Positions 1-10,165 of a stretch of DNA of 64,000 nt are shown one piece after another. The translations under genes and the position numbers were made by a program. The first letter of the stretch is position 1, and every line of letters starts with the position of its first letter. A model generated the notes under the pieces. That model had not been told where the DNA came from, made no database searches, and worked only from the letters and a program-made list of their open reading frames with translations. This DNA is from an uncultured Bacilli bacterium (GTDB lineage: Bacteria; Bacillota_I; Bacilli_A; RF39; UBA660). Location of the stretch: contig CAKOZV010000005.1 of NCBI GenBank assembly GCA_934131695.1, forward strand, positions 372-64,371, given 5' to 3'.

Positions 1-1381
1 TAGCTATCGTGTCAACAACATCATATCCTCTAGTTCTACTATCTCTAATAATTCTTCTTAAAAGGCGATTATCTGTTGTCGAAAAACGATTATGAGAATC
101 TATATTAAGTTCTGTTAAAGCTGATAAATATATTTTATATTTATTCTTAGATGGTATTTTATCTAAAACTTTAGGATTAAGTGCATGAATACCTTCTATC
201 AATAGAATATCATTTTTCTCAAGTTTCATTTCTCTGACAAACTCTTTACTACCTTCAATAAAACTATAAATAGGTGTTTTTACTGTCTCACCTTGCAATA
301 AGGAAGACACTTGTTCAGTAAGTAATTTATGATCAACTGCTTCAAAACATTCATAATCTTTTTCACCTTTTTCATTAAGAGGTGTCTCATCTCGTTCTAC
401 AAAATAATCATCCATACTTATCATCTTAGGGTTTAAACCAAAGCTTCTTAAGAACATACATAATTTTCTAGTAGTTGTTGTTTTTCCACTTGATGATGGA
501 CCTGCTAAAAGAACAATCTTTTTATCTTTTTTATTTGCTACTATAGTTTTTGCCACTTCTAATAATCTATTACTCTGTAAGGTTTCATCTATTCTTATTA
601 AGTCTTCTACTTGTCCTTTTGAGACAATACTATTTAATTCAGAAAGATTAGAAACATGCATAAGTTTAGCCCAATCATGACACTCTTTAAATACTTTAAA
701 CATATTAGGATGATGTTTATATTCTGTTATAGTATTTTTAGAATAAACTGTTGGAAACTGTAAAATAAAACCATTATCATTTAAATAAGTTAATTTAAAA
801 TCTCTTAAAAGTCCTGTTGAGGTTGGCATATAATGATAGAAATAATTATAATAACTACCTAATCTATATAAAGTAATATAGGTATTAGTATTATACTTCA
901 TTATATTAGCTTTAGCCTTATCTTTAATCGCTTCAAAATACTTAATTGCACTTATTCTTTCAACACTAACTTTAGTTATATCAAGATTTTGTTCTACTAA
1001 ATATAACATCTTTTTAGCTATAGACTTAACTAAAGTATCACTAACTGGAAAAGTTGTTTCTATATAAATTCCTTTATCTAGTGAGTGTTGAACAATTATA
1101 TCTGCTTTTTCTCCATAAAGCTCTTTAACTGCTACCAATAGAAGAAAAGTAAGTCCTGCAATATGTGTTCTATTACCCACTCTTGAATTTAAATCAAAAA
1201 ATTCTATCTCACAAGCATCATGAATGCTATAACTAAGTTCCCTATAAGTATTATTAACTCTAGCAATGATAATAGGAAAACGATATTTATTACTATAATT
1301 TTTACTAAGTTGAAGTAGTGTTGTTCCAATAGGAACCTTCTCTTCTTTACCATTAACTTTTACTTTTATTTCTTCTATCAT
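1..1381 (-). CDS. Uridine-kinase/PRK-family P-loop nucleoside kinase with N-terminal TGS-like domain (C-terminus runs off window)
   Basis: Absent from the ORF track because it is open to the window edge. My translation from ATG 1381 (RBS GAGGGTGA 4 nt upstream) reads MIEEIKVKVNGKEEKVPIGTTLLQL... It then shows Walker A LLAGPSSSGKTTTTRKL and LIEGIHALNP, as in Udk/PRK kinases. Confidence 0.6.
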   Translation of the reverse strand, partial: MIEEIKVKVNGKEEKVPIGTTLLQLSKNYSNKYRFPIIIARVNNTYRELSYSIHDACEIEFFDLNSRVGNRTHIAGLTFLLLVAVKELYGEKADIIVQHSLDKGIYIETTFPVSDTLVKSIAKKMLYLVEQNLDITKVSVERISAIKYFEAIKDKAKANIMKYNTNTYITLYRLGSYYNYFYHYMPTSTGLLRDFKLTYLNDNGFILQFPTVYSKNTITEYKHHPNMFKVFKECHDWAKLMHVSNLSELNSIVSKGQVEDLIRIDETLQSNRLLEVAKTIVANKKDKKIVLLAGPSSSGKTTTTRKLCMFLRSFGLNPKMISMDDYFVERDETPLNEKGEKDYECFEAVDHKLLTEQVSSLLQGETVKTPIYSFIEGSKEFVREMKLEKNDILLIEGIHALNPKVLDKIPSKNKYKIYLSALTELNIDSHNRFSTTDNRLLRRIIRDSRTRGYDVVDTIA

Positions 1382-1428
1382 AAGTTCACCCTCTTATTCT
1401 TTATTATTCAATAATTATATATGATTCT

Positions 1429-1989
1429 CTAACAAGATATATCATTCATTTCACTAGAAAGTTTTTCTCTTAATTCAGGATATAAATAATAAAACCTATC
1501 TATATCAAATCCATTTTTTTGCCATCTAATAATTTTAGGTATCAAATCACTATTATCAAGAGGAACACCATTTGGTCTAGATGGATATAAGTAAAGTTTT
1601 ATTAACCCTTTTTCATTTAAGTTCACAAGCTCATCATAAACATTATCTATATATTCACAAGAAATAACCTTCTCTTCTTTTTCACTAACAACCTCTGCGG
1701 TCCAACCAGTTAACCCTGATTTAAAGTTTGAAGAGTCTAGTTTATATATATAGCCTGAACAATTAAATATTTTTTTAAACATACCTTTTTTTCTCTCAAC
1801 CAATTCTACCGGATGATTAACTCCATCTCCTGATAATGAATAATATAAATCACTATGTAGTGGTGATAAAAATATAGTGGCAATTGCTTTTGAAGGGGTG
1901 GCATACACCCACTTTTTCATATGTGTACTAACATTTGGTTTTATAACATCTAGATTTTTTAAGTTTGTACCATGATAAACAAATTTCAT
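1429..1989 (-). CDS. Hypothetical protein (186 aa), no recognised family
   Basis: Track ORF 1429-2043. I prefer the ATG at 1989 (MKFVYHGTNLKNL...), preceded by RBS GAGGAG. No TM segment. See findings for a weak ART-like motif pattern. Confidence 0.5.
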   Translation of the reverse strand: MKFVYHGTNLKNLDVIKPNVSTHMKKWVYATPSKAIATIFLSPLHSDLYYSLSGDGVNHPVELVERKKGMFKKIFNCSGYIYKLDSSNFKSGLTGWTAEVVSEKEEKVISCEYIDNVYDELVNLNEKGLIKLYLYPSRPNGVPLDNSDLIPKIIRWQKNGFDIDRFYYLYPELREKLSSEMNDISC

Positions 1990-2159
1990 ATATGCTCCTC
2001 TTATAGTAGTGATTATAATTACAACACACTTTATTTTATACAATCATATTATAACATTTATATTCTAAGATGTAAATTGTGCAAAATATGATGAACTATT
2101 TTAAGTATATTTAACTATCTTTACGGATATAGTAATTTTAGAAAGATAAAGGTGATAAA

Positions 2160-2741
2160 ATGAGCTTAATTCCTATGATAGTTGATAAAGAAATTGGGGG
2201 AGAAAGAAGCTACGATATATTTTCAAGACTATTAAAAAATAGAATAATTCTTTTATCTGGTGAAATAGATGATATACTAGCAAATACTGTAGTAGCAGAA
2301 CTTTTATATCTTGATTCACTAAGTCACGAAGATATTTCTATTTATATTAATTCTCCTGGTGGTAATGTTACTTCTGGCTTTGCTATTTATGATACAATGA
2401 ATTTTATTAAAAGTGATGTTTCTACTATTTGTCTTGGAATGGCAGCAAGTATGGCCGCTTTCTTATTATCTAGTGGAAAAGCTGGCAAAAGATACGCTTT
2501 ACCTAATAGTGAGGTTATGATACATCAACCCCTTGGGGGAGCTAGTGGACAGGCTACAGAAATAAAAATTGCTGCCGAACATATTTTAAAGACAAAGAAA
2601 AAGCTTAATGAAATTCTTGCTAAAAACACAGGAAAATCTATTAAGCAAATAGAAAATGATACTGATAGAGACAACTATTTAACAGCTAATGATGCTAAAG
2701 ATTATGGTCTTGTTGATAAAATATTAACTACTGCTCCATAA
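2160..2741 (+). CDS. clpP: ATP-dependent Clp protease proteolytic subunit
   Basis: 193 aa. Has [16 protein letters not shown], the catalytic Ser context GMAASMAA and the His context [19 protein letters not shown] lies upstream. Confidence 0.95.
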   Translation: MSLIPMIVDKEIGGERSYDIFSRLLKNRIILLSGEIDDILANTVVAELLYLDSLSHEDISIYINSPGGNVTSGFAIYDTMNFIKSDVSTICLGMAASMAAFLLSSGKAGKRYALPNSEVMIHQPLGGASGQATEIKIAAEHILKTKKKLNEILAKNTGKSIKQIENDTDRDNYLTANDAKDYGLVDKILTTAP

Positions 2742-3639
2742 ATTTAGAAGCTAGTTCTTTAATTTTTCTAAAGCGATGATTTAATCCAGATTTAGAAATA
2801 GAGCGACCAGTTTCTTTTTTTATAATTTCACTTAATTCTTTTAAGGAAGCTTCTTTATATTTCTCTCGATAATAAAGAGCTTCTTTTGTTTTATCATCTA
2901 ATAAGTCTAAGGCATTATTTGTTTTAAGTATTTCTATCTGTTTAAGTTGTTCTAAAGCACTAGCAATTATTCTATCAGTATTAGCTTGTTCACAATTATT
3001 AAGTCTATTAGTTTGATTCTTTTTATCACGATAAATTCTAACATTTTCATAATATAAAACGGCATTTGTTGCATCGACAATTTTTAGAAAATCACTTATT
3101 TTTTCTGCTTCTTTTAGATAAAGCATATAACTACGGTCTCTATTAAGCATCTTAATATTTAAGTTATAAGAATTTAATACTTTTTGCACAAAAACAGCTT
3201 CTTCTGGATAGTCAATTAATATTTCCATATGATATCTTGAAGTTTTTGGATCATTAACACTACCACCATTTAAAAACACTCCTTTTAAATAAGCTTTAGT
3301 TTCTAGTTTTCCATCAAAGAAATAATCAGGTGGTACTTCCTTTTGGTAAGCTACTAAATTAAGTAGAAAAGAACTACCTTCTACTATTTCTAAAACATGT
3401 AAATCATTTTTAGTAAAATTGTTACTATCCTTAGTATATTCTTCATATTTAATTCCTTTAAACATATCTAATACTTTTTTAAAATAGTTAATTATATCAC
3501 CATTTTCATTAATAAGTTGTAGTTTATCTTCATACCAGGTAGCATTATTTCTAACAAAACCTGCTAATATAGAATACTTTTCTGTTTCTGATAAGTCATT
3601 AGATACTATCTCTTCTTTTATCTTAGTCGTAAAAGACAT
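2728..3639 (-). CDS. whiA: DNA-binding sporulation/cell-division regulator WhiA
   Basis: 303 aa. N-terminus [20 protein letters not shown]-like middle region and C-terminal HTH ([12 protein letters not shown]). Synteny with yvcK immediately upstream. Confidence 0.9.
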   Translation of the reverse strand: MSFTTKIKEEIVSNDLSETEKYSILAGFVRNNATWYEDKLQLINENGDIINYFKKVLDMFKGIKYEEYTKDSNNFTKNDLHVLEIVEGSSFLLNLVAYQKEVPPDYFFDGKLETKAYLKGVFLNGGSVNDPKTSRYHMEILIDYPEEAVFVQKVLNSYNLNIKMLNRDRSYMLYLKEAEKISDFLKIVDATNAVLYYENVRIYRDKKNQTNRLNNCEQANTDRIIASALEQLKQIEILKTNNALDLLDDKTKEALYYREKYKEASLKELSEIIKKETGRSISKSGLNHRFRKIKELASKFMEQ

Positions 3640-3643
3640 ACCA

Positions 3644-4594
3644 TCACCTCATTAAATAAGAAAATATTAGCGAACTTAATTTTTGACTATGATGTTTCAA
3701 CGTATTATCAGCTATAGTTAATAAATCTGCTTCAATAAATTCTACGTCTAACGATTTTAAAACAGCATAATCAATTTTAACTGGGTCTTTTCTTTCTTCA
3801 CTTGCATACTTTTCTGCCATTTCTTGAGATATAGGTGAATTAGAGGCAATAACAGCATCTAACTTATGCATACCTAAGTATTGATTTATTAAATTAACAT
3901 GGTCACTAACAGTAAAATTATCAGTCTCACCTGGTTGCGTTACTATATTGCAAACATACATAATAGGTGCTTTTGTCTTATCAAGAGCTTTTTTGACTTT
4001 TTTTGCCAATAAGTTAGGAAATAATGAAGTATATAAACTACCCATACTTAAAAGAATAAGGTCTGCTTCATTAATAGCTTCTATTACTTCATTTAAAACA
4101 TGAGGCTCTTCTTTATAAAATATTTTTTTTATCTTCTTAGGAGACTTAGTAATCATTTCTTCTCCCTCAATAAGTTCTCCATCTATCGCCTCTCCCATTA
4201 AAGTTACATTCTCATCCTCGGTTAAAGGAAGAATCTTACTTTTAACATCTAATAAAATAGATAACTCTTCAATAGAAGCTTTTAAACTACCAGTAATATC
4301 TAATAATGAAGTTAGTATTAAATTACCAAGGGCATGACCATCTAAATCACTTGTTGTATGAAAACGATAAGCCATCATTTCTTTAATATTTTCATCACTC
4401 TCTGACAAACTAGTAATCACTTTTCTAATATCACCAACGGCTGGTATATGAAACTCTTCACGGAGTTTTCCAGTACTTTGACCATTATCTGCCACAGAAA
4501 TAACGGCCGTAATATCAAGAGGGAAATCTTTTAAACCTGCTAAAAGATAGGATATTCCTTTTCCACCACCAAGCACTACAACTTTTTTATTCAT
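3644..4594 (-). CDS. yvcK: Gluconeogenesis/cell-shape factor YvcK (CofD-like family)
   Basis: 316 aa. Has VVVLGGGKGISYLLAGLK, the N-terminal nucleotide-binding motif typical of YvcK/CofD. Sits directly upstream of whiA. Confidence 0.85.
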   Translation of the reverse strand: MNKKVVVLGGGKGISYLLAGLKDFPLDITAVISVADNGQSTGKLREEFHIPAVGDIRKVITSLSESDENIKEMMAYRFHTTSDLDGHALGNLILTSLLDITGSLKASIEELSILLDVKSKILPLTEDENVTLMGEAIDGELIEGEEMITKSPKKIKKIFYKEEPHVLNEVIEAINEADLILLSMGSLYTSLFPNLLAKKVKKALDKTKAPIMYVCNIVTQPGETDNFTVSDHVNLINQYLGMHKLDAVIASNSPISQEMAEKYASEERKDPVKIDYAVLKSLDVEFIEADLLTIADNTLKHHSQKLSSLIFSYLMR

Positions 4595-5477
4595 GAATAT
4601 CCTCCCTTACTCTTAAGGCACATCTTGCCGCTTCACTCATAGCAATAACAATTTGATAATGTGGTTTGAAAACACAATCTCCTACTGCATAAATACCCTT
4701 CTGCTTAGTTTCAAAATTATCATCTACCTCTATATAAGAATCTTTTGATAAAATATTTAAATTCTTTAAAAACTCAGTATTAGGAGTTTGACCAATACAA
4801 ATGAACACAGCTTCACAATCAATTACTTCTTCACTCTTTAATTTAACTCCTTCTAAATTATCTTCTCCAATAAAAGACAATACTTCACCAAGTCTAAAAG
4901 AAACATTCTCTAATTTTTCAGCTTTATTTACAAGACTCTTTTTAGCTCTAAGCTTATCTCGTCTATGAAGAATAGTTACACTTTTTACTATAGTACTAAG
5001 ATAAATAGCAGACTCTAAGGCACTATCTCCGCCACCTACTACCACTACGTCCTTATCTTTATATAAACTACCATCACAAACAGCACAAAAGCTAAGTCCA
5101 TGATTGAGATACTTATCTTCAAATAATACATTAAGTTTCTTAGATTTTCTTCCTGTTGCTATTATAATTCTTAAAGTAGAATAAGTATTTTTATCTGTAA
5201 CTATCTCTTTTTCTACTCCTTTATTATCTATTTTTTCAACTTTTTCAAAAATAACAGGTATTTCTAACTCCTTAACCTGATTTAAAATAGAGATAGCTAA
5301 ATCACTACCAGATATCTTAGAAAATCCAGGATAATTTTCTATCTTATCGTTTGCTACTATTTGTCCACCTGGCATTGATGACTCAAATATAGCACAGGAT
5401 ATGCCACTTCTTTTCAAATATATAGCAGCAGTCATTCCTGCTACTCCGCATCCTATTATACCAACTTCATACTTCAT
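4587..5477 (-). CDS. trxB: Thioredoxin-disulfide reductase
   Basis: FAD motif GIIGCGVAGMTAAIY, redox-active CAVCDG and NADPH motif VVGGGDSALESAIYL. I prefer the ATG at 5477 (RBS GGGAGGA) over the track start at 5510. Confidence 0.9.
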   Translation of the reverse strand: MKYEVGIIGCGVAGMTAAIYLKRSGISCAIFESSMPGGQIVANDKIENYPGFSKISGSDLAISILNQVKELEIPVIFEKVEKIDNKGVEKEIVTDKNTYSTLRIIIATGRKSKKLNVLFEDKYLNHGLSFCAVCDGSLYKDKDVVVVGGGDSALESAIYLSTIVKSVTILHRRDKLRAKKSLVNKAEKLENVSFRLGEVLSFIGEDNLEGVKLKSEEVIDCEAVFICIGQTPNTEFLKNLNILSKDSYIEVDDNFETKQKGIYAVGDCVFKPHYQIVIAMSEAARCALRVREDIHE

Positions 5478-6279
5478 GTCTAATTCCTCCCTCTTGATAT
5501 AAATTTTCAAATCTCTTAGATTTTATATTTCTTATAAAACAGAAATATATACCACAAATTATCATTATAATGGAAACTACTTGAGCCATTTTTAAAGGAC
5601 CTAGCATCAAACTATCTGACCTCATTCCTTCAACAAAAAACCTAGTTGCTCCATACCAAATCAAATATAATCCAGTTAAAAAACCAACTTTAAGATATGG
5701 ATAAAGACGTGTTAAAAATAATATTACAAATCCTAACAAGTCTAAGATAGACTCATATAGAAAAGTAGGTTGATAATAGTTCCCATCTATATACATTCCT
5801 TTTATGATAAATTGTGGTATATGCATATTAATAAGTTCTTGTTTAGTAGTTATAGCACCGTAAGCTTCCTGATTAAAGAAATTACCCCATCTACCAATTG
5901 CTTGCGCTAGAATTAGTCCTACTACTACCATATCTAAAAATTTTAGATTAGAAACTTTATTTTTATGACAATAATATAGAATAAAGATTAGTCCTGCTAT
6001 TATTCCACCATGAATGGCAAGTCCACCATGCCAAATAGCAAATATTTCTAAAGGATTTTTAACATAATAATCCCATTCAAATATTACATAGTATAGTCTT
6101 GCTCCCAATATACCAAATATTATTACATAGTAAATAGTATTTATTAAAAACTCTTTATCTATATTTTGTTTTTTAGCTTCTTTAACTATTAAATATGTAG
6201 CAGAAACAATAGCTAACAAGATGAAAATTGTATAGTAATAAATCTTAATAAAACCTAAGTCTAATGCTACCCTATTCAT
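5467..6279 (-). CDS. lgt: Prolipoprotein diacylglyceryl transferase
   Basis: 270 aa polytopic membrane protein. Carries the Lgt signature GRWGNFFNQEAYG and the HGGLAIHGG block. Confidence 0.9.
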   Translation of the reverse strand: MNRVALDLGFIKIYYYTIFILLAIVSATYLIVKEAKKQNIDKEFLINTIYYVIIFGILGARLYYVIFEWDYYVKNPLEIFAIWHGGLAIHGGIIAGLIFILYYCHKNKVSNLKFLDMVVVGLILAQAIGRWGNFFNQEAYGAITTKQELINMHIPQFIIKGMYIDGNYYQPTFLYESILDLLGFVILFLTRLYPYLKVGFLTGLYLIWYGATRFFVEGMRSDSLMLGPLKMAQVVSIIMIICGIYFCFIRNIKSKRFENLYQEGGIRHEV

Positions 6280-6697
6280 GTTTGAATCTCCTAATTAATG
6301 GTTTTATAACTATATCTTCCATCACAAAATTCATTACGGAGATAAGAATGGAAATAACTAAAGCTACCCAAAAGTCTTTTAAATCAAAGTGGCTACCAAG
6401 TATCCAATCAACTAATTTTAAGACAAATAGGTTAATAAATGGATAAAATAATCCTAAGGTAACACCTGTTATAGGTATAGTTAAACTAACTAGTATCGGT
6501 TTAACAGTTTTATTCAAGATATAGAGAATAAAAGTAGCTAGTATACTATATAGTAATGGATGAGCACTATCTATATAAAATGATTTAAAAAAACTACCTA
6601 CTATAATAAAGACTAAAGAGTAAGATATAAAATATAATAACCACTCTATAAATCTATTTAGTCTTTCTTTTCCTTTTGATAAGATAACAATTTTCAT
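6272..6697 (-). CDS. YvlD-type membrane protein (phage holin family IV-like, PF04020-like)
   Basis: 141 aa with 4 predicted TM segments. KPILVSLTIPITGVTLGLFYPFINLFVLKLVDW resembles the B. subtilis YvlD core as I remember it. Confidence 0.65.
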   Translation of the reverse strand: MKIVILSKGKERLNRFIEWLLYFISYSLVFIIVGSFFKSFYIDSAHPLLYSILATFILYILNKTVKPILVSLTIPITGVTLGLFYPFINLFVLKLVDWILGSHFDLKDFWVALVISILISVMNFVMEDIVIKPLIRRFKHE

Positions 6698-6707
6698 CTT
6701 TATCCTC

Positions 6708-9515
6708 CTATAAAATCTTTTTTAGGAATTGTCCAGTGTAAGAATTCTTTTCTTTACTAATATCTTCAGGTGTTCCAGTAGCAATTATTTCACCACCTAA
6801 GTCTCCACCTTCTTTTCCTAAATCAATAATATAATCAGCACATTTTATAACATCTAAGTTGTGTTCTATTACTATTACTGTATCATTATTATCTACTATT
6901 TTTTGTAAAATTGCAAGCAACCTCTTTATATCATCAGTATGAAGACCAGTAGTTGGTTCATCTAAAACAAATAGTGTTTTTCCAGTCGCTTTTTTCTGTA
7001 ATTCTTTAGCTAGTTTTACTCTTTCTGCTTCTCCACCTGATAATGTAGGAGCACTTTGTCCTAATTTTACATAACCTAATCCAACGTCTTCCAAGACTTG
7101 AAGTTTATTCTTGATTTTACTGTGATTTTCAAAGAATTTTAACGCTTCATGTACTCGCATATCTAAAACATCAGCGATATTCTTCTCTTTATATTTTATT
7201 TTTAAAGTCTCTTGATTATAACGAGTTCCATGACAAACTTCACAAGGAACGTAAACATCTGGTAAAAAGTGCATTTCAATTTTCTTTACACCATCACCAC
7301 GACAAGCTTCACATCTTCCTCCCTTTACATTAAAGGAAAATCTATTTTTTTCATAACCAAGCATCTTAGCTTCTTTAGTAGTAGTAAATAAATCTCTAAT
7401 ATCATCAAATACTCCTGTATAAGTAGCCGGGTTACTTCTAGGTGTACGCCCAATTGGTGTTTGTGATATATCTACTATCTTATCTATATTTTCAAGTCCT
7501 AGTATTTTATCATGTTGTCCTGGTTTATTCTTACTATGATAAACATAATTCATTGCACTCTTAACTAGTATTTCATTAATTAAAGTACTCTTTCCACTAC
7601 CACTTACTCCTGTTATACAAGTAAAGGTACCAAGTGGTATCTTAGCAGTAATATTCTTTAAGTTATTTTCTCTTGCTCCTTTAATAGTAATATATTTACC
7701 AGTACCTTTTCTTCTTGTTTTTGGTATTTCAATACATTCTTTTCCACTTAAATATCTACCAGTTATACTTTTATCATTTTGCATAACTTCTTGTGGTGTA
7801 CCAGCTGCTACTATTCTTCCACCTTCATCACCAGCTTTTGGTCCAACATCAACCAAATAATCAGCAGCAAGCATAGTATCAGTATCATGTTCTACTACGA
7901 TTAAGGTGTTACCTAAGTCACGCATATCAAGTAAAGATTTAATTAAACGGTCATTATCTCTTTGATGTAAACCGATACTTGGTTCATCTAGTACATATAA
8001 TACTCCAGTTAATCTAGAACCTATCTGAGTAGCTAGTCTAATTCTTTGAGCTTCTCCACCAGACAAGGTAGCAGCACTTCTTGCTAATGTTAAATACTCA
8101 AGACCTACATTTTTTAGGAAGGTTAATCTAGATAATATTTCTTTTAATAACAAATCAGCAATTTTTAATTGTTCTTCACTAAGTTTAAGTTCTGTAAAGA
8201 AAGGTATTAAATCTTTTATACTCATACAAGTTAATTCATAAATATTCTTTCCACCAATTAATACTGATAAAACATTATCTTTTAGTCTAGAACCTTTACA
8301 AGCTTCACAAGTATGCTCTATCATAAATTTTTCTAACCATTCTCTAATCCAAGTACTAGATGTTTCCATATATCTTCTCTCTAAGTTATTGATTATACCT
8401 TCATAATAATCTACTTGATGAAAATGATTACCACTCTTTGACCTATAATCAAATAAAATAGGTTCATCACTGCCATATAAAATTAACTCTTTTTCTCTAT
8501 CAGTTAATTTCTTAAAAGCCTTTTTAGTACTTATCTTATAATGCTTACAAAGGCACTCTAACTTCTTATAATAAATTCCATCAGTGTCATCACCTAATGT
8601 TACAATAGCCCCCTCTTCTAGACTTAAATCTTTATTTGGTATTACTAAATCAGGGTCCATTTGTAATTTTACTCCTAGTCCTTTACACTCTTCACAAGCA
8701 CCATAAGGAGCATTGAAACTAAAGATTCTAGGTTCTAGTTCTGGTAACGAAAAATCACAATAAGGACAAGCAAAATCTTCAGAGAAGACTAATTCTTTTG
8801 ATAAGTTAAATTGTACAACTACTTTACCATGTCCTAGTTTTAAAGCATTTTCCAATCCTTCACTTAAACGACTTCTTATATCTTCCTTTAAGACTAATCT
8901 ATCTACAACTACTTCAATATTATCTTTCTTATTTTTATCTAGTTCTATTTTATCAGACAAATCATACATCTCACCATTAATACGAACTCTAATATAACCT
9001 TCACTCATTAAGTCTGCAAGTAACTCTTTATGTGTACCCTTTTCTCCATAAACAGCTGGTGCTAATAAAACTATTTTTGTACCAACTGGATATTCTAATA
9101 CTTTATTAGCAATTTCTTCTACACTTTGGCTTTTTATTGGAATATTATGTGTCGGACAATATGGTGTACCTACTCTAGCAAACAACAATCTTAAATAATC
9201 ATATATTTCTGTTACTGTACCAACAGTACTACGTGGATTCTTATTAGTTGTTTTCTGATCAATACTAATAGCAGGTGATAATCCTTCAATAGAATCAACA
9301 TCTGGTTTTTCACTGCCACCTAAAAATTGTCTAGCATAAGCTGACAAGCTCTCTACATATCTCCTTTGTCCTTCCGCATAAATTGTATCAAATGCTAATG
9401 AACTTTTCCCACTACCTGAAAGTCCAGTCATAACAATCAATTTATTCTTAGGAAGTTCAATATTTACATTTTTTAAATTATTCTCTCTTGCACCTTTCAC
9501 TACTATTTTATCCAT
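6708..9515 (-). CDS. uvrA: Excinuclease ABC subunit A
   Basis: 935 aa. Two ABC ATPase modules (GLSGSGKSSLAF, GVSGSGKSTLIN), LSGGE signatures and zinc-finger Cys clusters. Confidence 0.97.
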   Translation of the reverse strand: MDKIVVKGARENNLKNVNIELPKNKLIVMTGLSGSGKSSLAFDTIYAEGQRRYVESLSAYARQFLGGSEKPDVDSIEGLSPAISIDQKTTNKNPRSTVGTVTEIYDYLRLLFARVGTPYCPTHNIPIKSQSVEEIANKVLEYPVGTKIVLLAPAVYGEKGTHKELLADLMSEGYIRVRINGEMYDLSDKIELDKNKKDNIEVVVDRLVLKEDIRSRLSEGLENALKLGHGKVVVQFNLSKELVFSEDFACPYCDFSLPELEPRIFSFNAPYGACEECKGLGVKLQMDPDLVIPNKDLSLEEGAIVTLGDDTDGIYYKKLECLCKHYKISTKKAFKKLTDREKELILYGSDEPILFDYRSKSGNHFHQVDYYEGIINNLERRYMETSSTWIREWLEKFMIEHTCEACKGSRLKDNVLSVLIGGKNIYELTCMSIKDLIPFFTELKLSEEQLKIADLLLKEILSRLTFLKNVGLEYLTLARSAATLSGGEAQRIRLATQIGSRLTGVLYVLDEPSIGLHQRDNDRLIKSLLDMRDLGNTLIVVEHDTDTMLAADYLVDVGPKAGDEGGRIVAAGTPQEVMQNDKSITGRYLSGKECIEIPKTRRKGTGKYITIKGARENNLKNITAKIPLGTFTCITGVSGSGKSTLINEILVKSAMNYVYHSKNKPGQHDKILGLENIDKIVDISQTPIGRTPRSNPATYTGVFDDIRDLFTTTKEAKMLGYEKNRFSFNVKGGRCEACRGDGVKKIEMHFLPDVYVPCEVCHGTRYNQETLKIKYKEKNIADVLDMRVHEALKFFENHSKIKNKLQVLEDVGLGYVKLGQSAPTLSGGEAERVKLAKELQKKATGKTLFVLDEPTTGLHTDDIKRLLAILQKIVDNNDTVIVIEHNLDVIKCADYIIDLGKEGGDLGGEIIATGTPEDISKEKNSYTGQFLKKIL

Positions 9516-9748
9516 AGTAACACCTCATTTCGTTGTTAGTATAACACTTTTTTTGAAAAATAAAAGAATTTTATTAATTTGTTAAAAACTCCCATAATTT
9601 CACTAATAATAGGAATTAATACATCCATACTATAACATATTTAATCAATATAATCAAACATATTTTCTATATATAACTTACTTTCGTTGAAATAATAAAG
9701 AAAAATGTAAATTTTGCCCATTAATCGTATACTTTTCTAAAAAATATA

Positions 9749-9757
9749 TGCTATAAT
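9749..9757 (+). promoter_or_regulatory. Candidate extended -10 promoter element (TGcTATAAT) for hup
   Basis: TGCTATAAT sits 28 nt upstream of the hup ATG region, followed by RBS AGGAGGTG. The -35 is poor. Pattern match only. Confidence 0.35.
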
Positions 9758-9784
9758 GAATTAGACAGTACAGGAGGTGAAACA

Positions 9785-10060
9785 ATGAAAAAGTCTGAAA
9801 TGATAGAAGCTATCGCTAGTACTACAGGTTTAAGTAAATCTGATGTTGAAAAGGTTTTCACTGCAACATTTGATTTATTCAAAGATGAACTTGTAAACGG
9901 AAATAAAGTATCTGTAGCTGGTTTTGGTGTATTCAAAATCTCTGAACGTGCAGCTCGCGAAGGACGTAACCCTCAAACAGGTGCTACAATCCAAATCGCA
10001 GCTAGCAAGAGTGTTGGATTTAAAGCTGGAACTGCTTTAAAAGAAGCTGTTAATAAATAA
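9785..10060 (+). CDS. hup: Nucleoid-associated DNA-binding protein HU
   Basis: 91 aa. MKKSEMIEAIA...GFGVFKISERAAREGRNPQTGATIQIAASK is a textbook HU/IHF fold sequence. Confidence 0.95.
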   Translation: MKKSEMIEAIASTTGLSKSDVEKVFTATFDLFKDELVNGNKVSVAGFGVFKISERAAREGRNPQTGATIQIAASKSVGFKAGTALKEAVNK

Positions 10061-10073
10061 TAAAGTTAAAATT

Positions 10074-10096
10074 CCTTACCAATGGTAAGGTTTTTT
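10074..10096 (+). terminator. Rho-independent terminator of hup
   Basis: CCTTACC-aat-GGTAAGG, a 7-bp perfect stem, followed by TTTTTT. Confidence 0.7.
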
Positions 10097-10165
10097 ATTG
10101 CAAAATAATTATTCTATTGAAATATAATACTATATATACCTGAAAAAAGTTCCCTCATGAGAACT

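Noticed and set aside
2044-2159. CtsR operator (GTCAAA heptad direct repeat) upstream of clpP
   Set aside because: No GTCAAA repeat is visible in the 116-bp upstream region.
6264-6446. 60-aa + strand ORF overlapping the lgt start and the yvlD-like gene
   Set aside because: It is antisense to two supported membrane-protein genes, with no RBS.
9516-9784. LexA/DinR SOS box (GAAC-N4-GTTC) upstream of uvrA
   Set aside because: No GAAC..GTTC palindrome is found by eye in the uvrA-hup divergent region.
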